A DNA stretch of 64,000 nt from Eledone cirrhosa (taxonomy: Eukaryota), in contig OZ024745.1 in assembly GCA_964016885.1 (NCBI GenBank), forward strand, positions 109,306,001 to 109,370,000, given 5' to 3'. The position numbers and the translations under genes are program-made. Of the stretch, positions 45,255 to 57,000 are shown piece after piece. The notes below the pieces were generated by a model that was not told the DNA's origin, made no database searches, and was given only the letters and a program-made list of their open reading frames with translations. Position 1 is the first letter of the stretch; each line of letters begins with the position of its first letter.

Positions 45255-46659
45255 CAGACATACATATATACACACACACACATATATACATACACACCAA
45301 CACTTATATACACACACACACACACACATATATACCGACACATATATACACATACACACACACACACACATATATATATATACTTACAACCATACACATA
45401 TACAAACATATACATACATACACACATATATACATACATATATATACACATACATAGATATACATATATACATATACATACACATGCATTCATACATATA
45501 CATATATACACACACATATATATATTATATGTATATATATTAAATAATCTAAGTTATTGCAATATCTAATCCTTATCTGGGAAGGAGAAGGTAGAATTTT
45601 TGGCACTATATAGTGGCACCCAGTTTGGGAATTTGTCTAATTTTCTAGCTAAAGATCTTCCAGATATGAACTGATGCATATCTTTTCCTTCAAATCTTTC
45701 AACCTGTTCCAATTGCTGCATAAAGGCAGTAGTTTTGGTTTACTTCCATTTCAACACTGAGCTTAATACTATCAGGGGACTTTTCCTTGGAGTAATAATC
45801 AAGACAACTAAGAATTTATAACTTCTACAGTACCAATATGACTTCTAGTTCTTTTGTTCTAAACATTCTCAAAATCTATCTTGCCTTTTTTTTTTTTTTT
45901 TTTTTTTTTTTCCGTATGCTACTGCCATCTTAGTTATATAAAAGTTAAGCAATATATAATTACTTATAATTTTTAGGTCATACAAAGATCCTGACATTGA
46001 AATTTCAATCTGTTAGAGAGCTGAAAGCTGAATACTTGAAATTTTCTAACAATGGAATTATACATTGTTTCTATCAGTTCAATTGTATTTTAGCCTTCAG
46101 GTTTTTCTCCCTGATTTTGACTTTATTGTTGCTCATAATTGCCTGTTTCGTATTTTGGTAACATCGGGATTAGGCACACTACCAAAAATTGTTTACTTTT
46201 TTAAAGGATACCATTCAGTGCAGCAACATGATATATATATATGTATTAAACTTCTTTTCTCATATAACCAAAATACTAGAACAGATGCACATCTGAGATA
46301 AGAAAGCCAATTTTATTTTGATACAAGAATTTGATATATATCATTTCTCAGTTATAATCCTTGCAGGCTGAATATTTAAGAATATATGCTAATTTACATT
46401 CCCAAAGAAACACATCCTCCAGTTAAATTATTAAATGAACAAGCAATTTATGAAGTAAGTGAAACGGAGTAAATGCAATGATATATCTCACCTATCTGTC
46501 AAAAGTGGTATTACTCATAGCAAAAGACTCTCATTGCTATTAGATGTGGGTAAATTACATCTTTGATGTAAATACATATTGTACAAATTGCCCCATATAT
46601 ATTACTTTAGAGCATGTGCACACATGTGTGTATGTGTGTCAACATTATTTTCAGTTCAC

Positions 46660-46752
46660 TTTAACTTTGCCTTTCATTCTTACGGGGTCGATAAAATAAA
46701 GTACCAGTAATGTACTGGGTAATTGCTGGCCTTGTGCCAAAAGTAGAAACAA
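46660..46752 (+). mobile_element. 5'-truncated CORE-SINE with TSD
   Basis: Flanked by the direct repeat ATTATTTTCAGTTCACTTT. Confidence 0.75.
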
Positions 46753-46959
46753 TTATTTTCAGTTCACTTTCCACAATGGCATGGACTACCTTCCTCATAT
46801 GGTCCATATTTGACATAGTTTTTACAATTGGATGCCCTCCTTATAGCCAATCAGTTTTTGAAATGGGATTTAAACGATGACCTAAAGATTACAAATAAAC
46901 TTCTTAAGCAATTATCCATGCTGCATTCACAAAAAAAGAGTAATAACAAACAGCATACA

Positions 46960-47530
46960 AGAGTAAGCGACTGAATGAAGAGTGTGTGTATAGTTTGTAT
47001 CAAGTGGATATTAAATGGACCGACGGGGTCACCAGCATTGAAGTCCTCAACCAAGATTACCAGTATTTATACTCTGCTCAAACAGCATCATCTGTGCTGG
47101 CTCAGTCACATATATCGTGTGCCGGATAGAGGGATCAGAAAAGACCTACTGTATGGGGAACTGGCCACCGACACAAGAGCATAAGGGCGACCACATCTTC
47201 GTTTCAAAGACGTCTGCAGGAGGGATATAAAGTCAATAGACCTAGACACCCAGAGATAGGAAGTGGGTCACTAATGATCACCCCCACGATGGAGATATGT
47301 ACTGTGCAAGGGGATGGAGTGAGGGGAGGAGAAAAGTGTGCCCGAAAAAAAAAAACAACACAGTAGCTCTGGAGGAGAGCATTTTCATATGTAGTCACTG
47401 AATACTGGACTGCCACCCCCATGTGAGCCTGTACAACCCCAACAGACACTGTACTGTCATCAGCATCTGACACAAAATTCTCCTGTCACAGATCCATGGT
47501 TTTTCGGGACCGACGGATGCAAAAAATGAA
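46960..47530 (+). pseudogene. RTE/BovB-type LINE 3' end
   Basis: SIYTLLKQ..L.WL.H..R.PD..I.KDLLYGEL..GRP.LRFKD motif, decayed C-terminal zinc finger, 3' CGGGACCGACGGATGC. Confidence 0.8.
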
Positions 47531-47536
47531 AATAAA

Positions 47537-48030
47537 TTATATAATAATAATTGTTTCTACTTTTGGCACAAGGCCAGCAATTACCCAGTACATTACTGGT
47601 ACTTTATTTTATCGACCCCGTATGGATGAAAGGCAAAGTTATATAATAATAATTGTTTCTACTTTAGGCACAAGGCCAGCAATTACCCAGTGCATTACTG
47701 GTACTTTATTTTATCGACCCCGTATGGATGAAAGGCAAAGTTATATAATAATAATTGTTTCTACTTTAGGCACAAGGCCAGCAATTACCCAGTGCATTAC
47801 TGGTACTTTATTTTATCGACCCCGTATGGATGAAAGGCAAAGTTATATAATAATAATTGTTTCTACTTTAGGCACAAGGCCAGCAATTACCCAGTGCATT
47901 ACTGGTACTTTATTTTATCGACCCCGTAAAGATGAAAGGCAAAGTCAACCTCGGCGAGATTTGAACTCAGATCGTAAAGGGACGTAACTATGCTGGAAAG
48001 CATGGTGTCCGACCCTCTACCAATACTGCC
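47537..48030 (-). mobile_element. CORE-SINE followed by three extra tandem copies of its 102-bp 3' half
   Basis: Units start at 47537, 47639, 47741 and 47843. Confidence 0.85.
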
Positions 48031-48041
48031 AATAATAATAA

Positions 48042-48470
48042 TGTAGGGGACAATCCAAAGACAGGGACAATCCAAAGACAGGGACAATGGAGGTTTACAA
48101 TAAGGTCAAGTAAAAGTGCACAATGGCAAGACTAATTTAACAATGAAGATATACAAATATAAAATAAACTATGTATAAATATAACAAAATAAATAAATTT
48201 ACCTATCGGGGGTGGACGACCCAGGGGTGACTCAGGTCCCCCACCAATCCTGAACCACCCTGCGCTTCTAGGGCACCCAGGGAGAGCACCCCTCTCCTCA
48301 AGTTAGCTAGCCTATAGGCGCATGGTCAGAGTAGGCCCATTCACATGGGCCATTCTCGCCACATTCATCCACCTTTTAGTAAATGTACTGGGGGGCAGTA
48401 CTTCTCTCTCCACCCTCACCTTCCTTTCCAGGTGAAACTTGTAGAAGTTGATGAGGGATTGGTCGAAGAG
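48042..48470 (-). mobile_element. 5'-truncated Tx1-like LINE (related subfamily)
   Basis: 48313-48470 parallels the ORF2 end at 48748-48900 (LINFYKFHLERKVRVEREVL..ARMAHVNGPTL); different 3' UTR. Confidence 0.8.
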
Positions 48471-48512
<42 letters not shown>

Positions 48513-48747
48513 CTTTTTTTTTTTTATTAACATCAAGGGTTTACATAAAGTAGACATTAAGGACAGTACAGGACAATACAGGACGGTACGAATGGGCATT
48601 TCTGCGTGTAAAAAACAAAAACAGAGGATGTAACAAAAAAATAACAATGAAAAAAATTCCCCAATAGGGGGGAGACTTCCGAGGGACATTCGTGGAGAAA
48701 GCCCATTAAAAAGCCACACTGACCCCTCCCAGTTTTCCACCTTTACT

Positions 48748-51700
48748 TTACAGACACATACTCAGAGTAGGCCCATTCACTCGGGCCATTCTTGCCTCTC
48801 TCACCCGTCTTTCAACATAATGCTGGGAAGAGAGCACTTCCCTCTCTACCCTGATTTTCCTTTTCAAATGAAATTTGAAAATGTTAATCAGGGCATCACT
48901 GAAGAGGTAAGTACTCGTCTTCAGCCCTTTCAAACGTGTCCACCATACTATCTCTTTCTCCATGGCCACCAGACAGATAAAAATTGCCTGCCCTTCCCAG
49001 CTAAAGGAAAAGGGCGGGGCAATCCTCACGATGGACTCAGCTGATAGCTGGATCCGTCCTACACGCGACAGCAGGTGTTCGACATAAACCCACAAGTCAG
49101 CAATGCTCGGACACTGCACGATTGCGTGCAGGACGGTTTTGTCGCCCTGCGCGCATCTAGGACATGTCCGGCTTACGGCACCTCCATGCCTATAGTGTTT
49201 ATCCCGAACTGGCAAAGATCCTCGGTAGCACTGCCAGGCCAGGGATTTCTGGAAATTGTCCATAGGCCCCGGCCCAAAAGTTCTTCCGAAGAGATTGGCT
49301 AGTTGATTTTCGTCGACGCCTAGAGTTTCTCCAAGTACATCGTCGCTCTTCCCCTCCACTAATCCTCTATAGAACGCCAAGGTGGAGTTTCCACCGATCA
49401 CATTGCCCGATTGGTCGAGGGCTGTGAGCGCCTGAAGACATTCCAGTCTCCAAGCGCTCCCTCTCGGTCTTCGCTTGACCCACGACTGCAGCTCCGTCGA
49501 GGAGACGAGCTGGGGAAAGACGCGTCTAGCAAACGGTGACCACACCTGATCACCGTTGAGGAAAAGGTGGAGATGTCGTAGCTTGAGCGCGTGTCTGCGC
49601 ATCATCAACGACAGCATGCCCAGCCCTCCACGTAGCGGGTGTTGATAGCAGATGAACCACCTGACCATCGGAGCGCGTCCCTTCCACAAAATAGTGAAAG
49701 AGCAAACGCTCCAGCGCAGTCAGGCGGGGCTTAGGACAAGGTACGACGGTCAGGCGGTAGTAGATGATGGACGCGATGTACGTGTTAGCCACCTCCGCTT
49801 GACCTTTCAGGGATAGCTTCCTCTCCGCCCATTTCTGGGTGAGAGAAGCCACCCTGCTCATCACCTCGTCCCAGTTTTTGTCCGTAAGGACGTCCGGACC
49901 GAACCAGGACCCTAGCAATTTAACCGGTCCGTTCGTCCAGCGCCCGACGACGCTGTTGGACGGCATGGACCTGCCTATCCAGGTGCCGAGCTGCAGGCCC
50001 ACTGACTTTTCCTGGTTGATCATTGCTCCTGTCACCGCATCGTATTCTCTTAGTGTAGTGCCGATCGCCTCGATGTGTTTGGTGTTCGACACCACTACGG
50101 TGACATCATCCTCATATGCTGACATGGATCTTCCGCATCCTAGTTTGCGCGGGACCCCCCTCAACGTCTCCAGTTTGTACAGTAATGGCTCGAGAGTCAA
50201 TACGTACAAAAGGGACGAGAGCGGACATCCTTGGCGGACCGAGCGCATGATGTTGAACGGTTCCGAAAGGTGACCGTTCACTCTCACCACAAAGCAGATG
50301 TAGCTGTGCCAGGCAGCGATCCAGCCTCTGAAGACGGGCCCAAAGCCAGCCGCCCTCAGGACTGCCGCTAGGTAACGATGGTCGACCCTATCGAAAGCTT
50401 TCGACTGATCTAAATTGATCAAAGACCCACCCTTGCCAGGTTCCCTAGCTACCCTTTCCACGATGTATCGCATGAGGTGGAGGTTGTCGTGGATGGATCT
50501 GTCGGGAATGGCGCATTTCTACGCCTCTCCCACCAGAACACCAACGACAAGCGCCAATCTTTTTGCTAGCACCTTGGCCAAAATCTTGAACTCTGTGTTT
50601 AGCAGAGTTATGGGCCTGAAATTATCTATGTTATCCTCCTTGTTCGGATCCTCTCTCAGCAGCGCCACCGCTCCTCAGCTCACAGAGCTGGTAATTCGCC
50701 CGTTCTGTTGCCAGTTGCAGTAGACGTCCGCCAAGAGGCCTCCGAACAAGTCTGGCATCTGTACGTAAAGTTCATAGGGTAGACCATCCAAACTAGGCGA
50801 TTTACCCCTTGTGCAGCCAGTCAGTGCCTCCCGTACTTCAGCGGCTGTTATCGGCTTTTCGCAACACTCCGCAACACTTTTCGCGGCAGTCTGTCGAGGT
50901 AGACACTAAAATCCATCTCTCGATCCGGCCCGCCGCTGCCCCCGAACAGCTGAGCGAAGTGTCGCTGAAAAGCTTCACACATTTTCCCGGGATCGAGTAG
51001 CATGCGCCCGTCGTGGTCCACCAATGACCGGATCGTGGCTTTGTTGCCACGACGCGCCTCCGCCACTCGGGCCCATTGAACGGCTTTCGTCCCCTCGTGT
51101 CTGAGAGCACGCACCCTAGATCTGACAACGCAGCCTTCGTGCTTTGCATTGAAGAATTGGTCAAGGGCCAATTTCGCCGCAAGTACGTTGGTCGCGATGC
51201 CTTTGCTAAGCGCTTTGTCTAATTTTCTAACTAGTTCTCCCTCTGCTCTATTTTTCTCTATAGCTAAAGCCTTACTAAATCTAATGGACTCTATTCTAAT
51301 CGCTCTTTTCAGAGCAAACCACCACTTGTTGTTGACGATGCCCCCCGTCAACGCCCACTTAACTAGTTCGCTAATCCGGTCTCTGTAGGCCTTGTGCGCT
51401 GGTAAGGACGCGTTTAGCTTCCAGTAGCCGGGTCCTTGTCTGTGAAGCCTATCTAAGTCAACCACACAGATCACGAATTTGTGGTCCGTGTAGCTGACTA
51501 TCTTGAATTGTGGACAGCCTATGCTAGACCTATCTATTTCCCTACAAAATACTCTATCTAGATATGATCTGGATGACCCGATACGGTTTGTCCAAGTCCA
51601 CATTGGCACATTCGGGAAATCCAATCGGTAACTGTCAGATAGTTCAAAATGCCTGAGCAGGTTAGTGAGGCTCTTGCACCCTCCTCCCCTATCCGCTAAT

Positions 51701-51840
51701 CCCACACAGTCCCAGCGTGCATCTAAGATCCCGTTCCAGTTGCCCACTAATATAAAGAGCGGGACGTTCCAAGAAAGGTCTCCAGACGCCGGAAGAAATC
51801 AACCCACCCTGCTCCTGTCGGGGCATAGACGGCAATAGCT
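48748..51840 (-). pseudogene. Tx1 ORF2 (AP endonuclease + reverse transcriptase + zinc finger), frameshifted with stops
   Basis: IAVYAP, GNWN, SYLDR, TDH, GPGYWKLNASL; FRPITLLNTEFKILAK; DQSKAFDRVDH, SVRQGCPLS, YEDD (from YADD); CPRC..H..C. Confidence 0.9.
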
Positions 51841-52700
51841 TGGGACGAGTGTGACGTCGTCGTTTCTTAATGGGGCCATGGAGTGCTCTCTGGCCTCCTG
51901 TGGTGTTCCAAAGAACACGTCCACGGTTCCATATTTCTGCCCACGTATGATGTGGGTATTTTTCGCCCACACATGTCCCAAAGCTTTTTTGATATGGGGA
52001 CGGATGCCCGTTCCACTCGGCGCGATTTTGTGTTAATCGTCCGATAAGACACAGTGCATAGGCGCCGATGCTCCATTTTATTAGGTGGTGGCCGGGGGGG
52101 GGGGGGGGGGCTGACCCTGTACCCATCTTTCTTTACCATTCCTTTGGTTTCATTTAATTCCTCCTGAGTTACCTCGATTGTTTCGCATTTCTTGGCTGCT
52201 TTGGCAAACGACACATTTGCGGTGGTGTTGATGTTTTTGTTGTTATTCTCATTGTTGTTGTTGCTGTTATTTTTGTTATTGTTATTTTTAGTTTCAGTTG
52301 TGGTGGTGGTGGTGGCGTCAGTGGTGTTCGGTGTGGAAGACATTTCGATGTCACGAGATAATAATTTATTTGTTTCTTTTGTTTCTGTTGTCGCTGTGGT
52401 GGTGGTGGGGGTGGCGGCTTTAGCACCCGCAGTTTTTGGTAATGGCGGGAAATGAATGTCTGCATGAGACAAATTTAAATTATTGCTACTTCTTATATTT
52501 TTAGTGTTGGCAAACGTAGTAATATTTACAATGGTGGTGTCGGTGTGAGGTGTTAGTTTGTGAGGAAAGCTGTCAGCTTGTTGTTTGATATTATAAAAGT
52601 TTAAATTTTGGGCTCAATCTTTTTGAGTGTCCTTTTCCGAAAGCAATATATATGAACTTATAAACACTTAACAACAAAAATTTCCCATAAATGGCAATTT
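51841..52700 (-). pseudogene. Tx1 ORF1 remnant joined to the endonuclease by an internal deletion
   Basis: Thr/Asn-rich region, SFAKAAK, YVGR.KYGTVDVFF; abrupt switch to IAVYAP at ~51840. Confidence 0.55.
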
Positions 52701-52765
52701 GAAACAACTGAAAACAACAAATCTTTGCGGAGCTCACGATAATACGATTTCCTACGTGGGTCGCC

Positions 52766-52809
<44 letters not shown>

Positions 52810-52932
52810 TATATATATATATATATATATGTAGGAGGTGAGTTTTATTGTAGTACAATAAAGCAATGCAGATATCGGATAAGAAGCACTCTACAGTTTG
52901 TGGGACTGGAGTATGCATAATAGTATGCGCCT

Positions 52933-52964
<32 letters not shown>

Positions 52965-52968
<4 letters not shown>

Positions 52969-53085
52969 AGGCGCGTGGTTGAGTGGTTAGAGAATTGGAT
53001 TCACAATCGTGAGGTTGTGAGTTGGATTCCCGGACCGGGTGATGCGTTATGTCCTTGAGCAAGACACTTTATTTCACGTTGCTCC
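52965..53085 (+). mobile_element. tRNA-derived SINE head (3'-truncated)
   Basis: GGCGCGTGGTTGAGTGGTTAG..GAGTTGGATTCC..CCTTGAGCAAGACACTT. Confidence 0.75.
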
Positions 53086-53184
53086 TTCTACCTGGAGTTG
53101 CGACCGATCGACAGTATTAGCAATTGGAAAGACCAATGGAAACATTTTCTCGGGTCCGATTTGACGAAAGTCGATCGACTGTCG

Positions 53185-53264
<80 letters not shown>

Positions 53265-53771
53265 CCTTAATAAGCTAACTGGTAATAATGGCATGCTTAC
53301 AAATAGGTATCCTTTCAAAAATTTAAAGTAAGTGAATTCCAATGAAATATTTTTGGAATAAAGTTTGATTTTCTTATGGCTTCTTTTTTTCTTCACATTT
53401 CTTAGTCAGCTAGTAAGCTAATTATAGCCATTCTGACATAGATATTATAGTGTAAATGTTAAGTGTTGTCACAAACAGAATAAAAATAATCAATATGTAG
53501 TGTAGAGCAAAATTGGCCTCAAGTTTCATGTTCCCAGCAGAGTGATGCTACTGTAAAAATTGTCAAATGGAGAACAAGGTCAATCATCATTAAAATAGGA
53601 AAGAATAAGTGACTACTATAACTTCATACATACATAAATATGGTTCCATTTTAAGCCTGGTGGAGACCATCCGTTTCCAGGATAATGGTATTCGTTATAA
53701 CGGAATTTTACCTGTATATACAGATATAACATTACAAATACGAAATTAACATTATAAATAAAAAGAAATAT

Positions 53772-54530
53772 AATAATTGTTTCTACTTTTAGCACAAGGC
53801 CAGCAATTAACCAGTGCATTACTGGTACTTTATTTTATCGACCCCGTAAGGGTGGAAGGCAAAGTTAACCTCGGCGGGAAATATAATACAATGCTTACAG
53901 AACAAAAGCCGAAACAAATATAATATAAAGGAAAGGGAAAACAAAAAAAAAGAAGAGGAAAAGAAAGAGAAAAGAAAAAACAAGAAAAAAACGAAACAAA
54001 ACAAAACACAGCAGCAAATAGCACACACATCTGGGACCACATACAACAAAAGGCAGGCGAAAGGGGTGGACAACCGAGCCACTATCAGAGTAAACGATAA
54101 CAGTATCGCGAGGAGCACTGGGAAACCTCTCTAATAATTTTTGAGGCAAGCCAGCACGCTCGCAGCGATACCTCGGGTGATGGCGAGGCTGATGCGCTGG
54201 AATAACCAAGCGTCCTCACGAGTTTCACCATTTACCTCTGTTAGGCAAGCCACCAGTGAAGATAAAAAGCTCCTACCGCTTGGAAAATTAACATTTGCGG
54301 TGTTTTGTTTTGTTTCGTTTTTTCTTGTTTTTTCTTTTCTCTTTCTTTTCCTCTTTCTTCTTTTCCCTTTCCTTTATATTATATTTGTTTCGGCTTTTGT
54401 TCTGTAAGCATTGTATTATATTTCCCGCCGAGGTTAACTTTGCCTTTCATCCTGACGGGGTCGATAAAATAAAGTACCAGTAATACACTGAGATAATTGC
54501 TGGCCTTGTGCCAAAAGTAGAAACAATTAT
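53772..54530. repeat. ~240-bp-arm inverted repeat (CRE 3' UTR + SINE 3' half on each arm)
   Basis: 53772-54010 is the reverse complement of 54300-54530. Confidence 0.85.
53880..54292 (-). mobile_element. 3' end of a CRE-like RLE non-LTR retrotransposon
   Basis: Minus frame reads ..SGRSFLSSL..LTEVNGETREDAWLFQRISLAITRGIAASVL*, resembling the FQR.S.AI.RGNA RLE C-terminal motif, then a T-rich 3' UTR. Confidence 0.65.
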
Positions 54531-54789
54531 CTTGGTGATATAGGATATGTTAACAGTTGTTAACAATAACAAAACAACAAAAATGTTATTGCATATTTCA
54601 AATAGATCGTTGACCCACGGAAAACTATCGACCGTTTGAAGTATATAAACAAAAGCAAACAAACTACACTCATCACCAACAAAAATTCCTTTCCTTTATC
54701 ATTTTTGTTCAATGAATTTATATTATTGTGTTGTTATACACGGCGGTTTAGGCATTATATTTGTTCTGAACGAATTGCGAGCAATTTAT

Positions 54790-54965
54790 AATTATTTCTA
54801 CTTTTGGCACAAGACCAGCAATTATCCCAGTGTATTACTGGTACTTTATTTAATCGACCCCGTAAAGATGAAATGCAAAGTTAACCTCGGCGGGATTTGA
54901 ACTCAGAATGGCAAGGGCCGTAACTCTATGCTTGGCGTCCGACCCTCTACCGATACTGCCAATCC
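54790..54965 (-). mobile_element. CORE-SINE
   Basis: Family match to 7283-7461. Confidence 0.8.
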
Positions 54966-55000
54966 ACTTTTATAATGTTATTTACGCATTTGTTATGTTA

Positions 55001-56252
55001 TCTATATATATAAAACTGAGGTTGTCTGTCTGTCTATCGATTTTTGGCACACATCTCCTCTTAGAATCTCTCACGGAATTGCACCGAAATTGCTATACTT
55101 GTACATTGAGCCCTAGCGAAGACATCGGAAAAAAAATATTTCAAATTGACCCGCCCTATCTGACGAAATCGAATATAATGTATCGATTTTTGAGCGTAAG
55201 TGATGAGTTATTTCCCTTTGTTCTGTTTACATTCAGCGTAGCGTCTTACGTTCTCTTTACATTTTCTGCGTGCAAAAATTAAAAAAATGATTTCCCTTTG
55301 TTCTGTTTACATTCAGCGTAGCGTCTTACGTTCTGTTTACATTTTCTGCGTGCAAAAATTAAAAAAATTACGCTGGCAAAAATTAAAAAAATTACGCTGG
55401 CTTTCTCAGCGTTTAAAATGACATTAACACAATACACGAACAGTTGTCGAGCCAGCAAAATTTTGACCTGCAAAATTCATCAGTTCGAACACTAAGCTTC
55501 CGTTTTGCTTCATTTCCATTTAAAAGCCTTTTAAAACAATATTTTTACTTGAAAACAAGTCTATTTAAAGACTACGTAAAATAAGCAAATATTTCGTAAA
55601 AAAAAGCAAAAATTATATAAGTTTATTTAAAATATATGTATCTGTAAATTTCGTTAGGCGTGCAGACAGACAGTCGTGCAGACAGACAGTCGTGCAGAGA
55701 GGTGATATAGGCGTGCAGACAGACAGTCTTGCAGAGAGGTGATATAGGCGTGCAGACAGACAGTCGTGCAGAGAGGTGATATAGGCGTGCAGACAGACAG
55801 TCGTGCAGAGAGTTGATATAGGCGTGCAGACAGACAGTCGTGCAGAGAGGTGATATAGGCGTGCAGACAGATAGTCGTGCAGAGAGGTGATATAGGCGTG
55901 CAGACAGACAGTCGTGCAGAGAGGTGATATAGGCGTGCAGACAGACATAACTGATAATTTGGTTACGCTAATGTTTTTCTCTGCGTTGCAGTGTTTACAT
56001 TTTCGATCTTTGTTAATAAATAACCAGTGCAGTTTTTATCCCCAGCATCCTCTTTTGTTATAACATTCGGGTTATCGTTATGTTTTCTTAACTTCATAAG
56101 GCATATTGTTGGTTGAGGGAATATTAATCAAAAACACCACATGCAAGTCTGCACAGTAGACACTACAGTTTTTAAGCCAAAAAAGAAACTTAACATTGTA
56201 ACTTTAACACAGCTACTGAGCGACCCCGAGCAACGCCGGGCTTTACTGCTAG
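55001..56252 (+). mobile_element. Non-autonomous Helitron, unit 1
   Basis: A|TC 5' end, 3' GC hairpin CCCGAGCAACGCCGGG then CTAG, no TSD. Confidence 0.85.
55656..55947. repeat. 37-bp minisatellite inside the Helitron (~7 copies)
   Basis: Unit AGGCGTGCAGACAGACAGTCGTGCAGAGAGGTGATAT. Confidence 0.9.
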
Positions 56253-56872
56253 TCTATATATATAAAGCTGTGGTTGTCTGTCTGTCTATCGATTTTTGGC
56301 ACACATCTCCTCTTAGAATCTCTGACGGAATTGCACCGAAATTGCTATACTTGTACATTGAGCCCTAGCGAAGACATCGGAAAAAAAATATTTCAAATTG
56401 ACCCACCCTATGTGATGAACTCGAATCTAATGTATCGATTTTTGAGCGTAAGTGACGAGTTATTTCCCTTTGTTCTGTTTACATTTTCTGCGTGCAAAAA
56501 TTAAAAAAATTACGCTGGCTTTCTCAGCGTTTAAAATGACATTAACACAATACACGAACAGTTGTCGAGCCAGCAAAATTTTGACCTGCAAAATTCATCA
56601 GTTCGAACACTAAGCTTCCGTTTTGCTTCATTTCCATTTAAAAGCCTTTTAAAACAATATTTTTACTTGAAAACAAGTCTATTTAAAGACTACGTAAAAC
56701 AAGCAAATATTTCGTAAAAAAAAAGCAAAAATTATATAAGTTTATTTAAAATATATGTATCTGTAAATTTCGTTAGGCGTGCAGACAGACTTTAAGCCAA
56801 AAAAGAAACTTAACATTGTAACTTTAACACAGCTACTGAGCGACCCCGAGCAACGCCGGGCTTTACTGCTAG
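56253..56872 (+). mobile_element. Non-autonomous Helitron, unit 2 (internally deleted), head-to-tail with unit 1
   Basis: CTAG|TC junction, same 3' hairpin and CTAG|T. Confidence 0.85.
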
Positions 56873-57000
56873 TCTATATATATATTTAAAACATATTTTC
56901 AACGTTATTCTACTGTAAATTTACAGTAGAATAAACGTTTAAAATATGTTTTAAATATATTCATAGATAACAACAAATGCGTAAATAACGTTATATAAAA
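56873..57000. repeat. Spacerless palindrome centred at 56919/56920; left arm continues at 54968-55000
   Basis: TTATTCTACTGTAAA|TTTACAGTAGAATAA; TTATTTACGCATTTGTT pairs with AACAAATGCGTAAATAA. Confidence 0.8.

Larger units (their letters stand above)
48512..52765 (-). mobile_element. Tx1/L1-clade non-LTR retrotransposon, near full length but defective
   Basis: ORF1 remnant, APE endonuclease, RT, CCHC-like C-terminus, AATAAA/poly(A) at ~48514-48530, flanked by (TAA)n on both sides. Confidence 0.9.

Noticed and set aside
48748-51747. Active LINE ORF2
   Set aside because: Two frameshifts, in-frame stops, YEDD catalytic motif and a deleted endonuclease N-terminus
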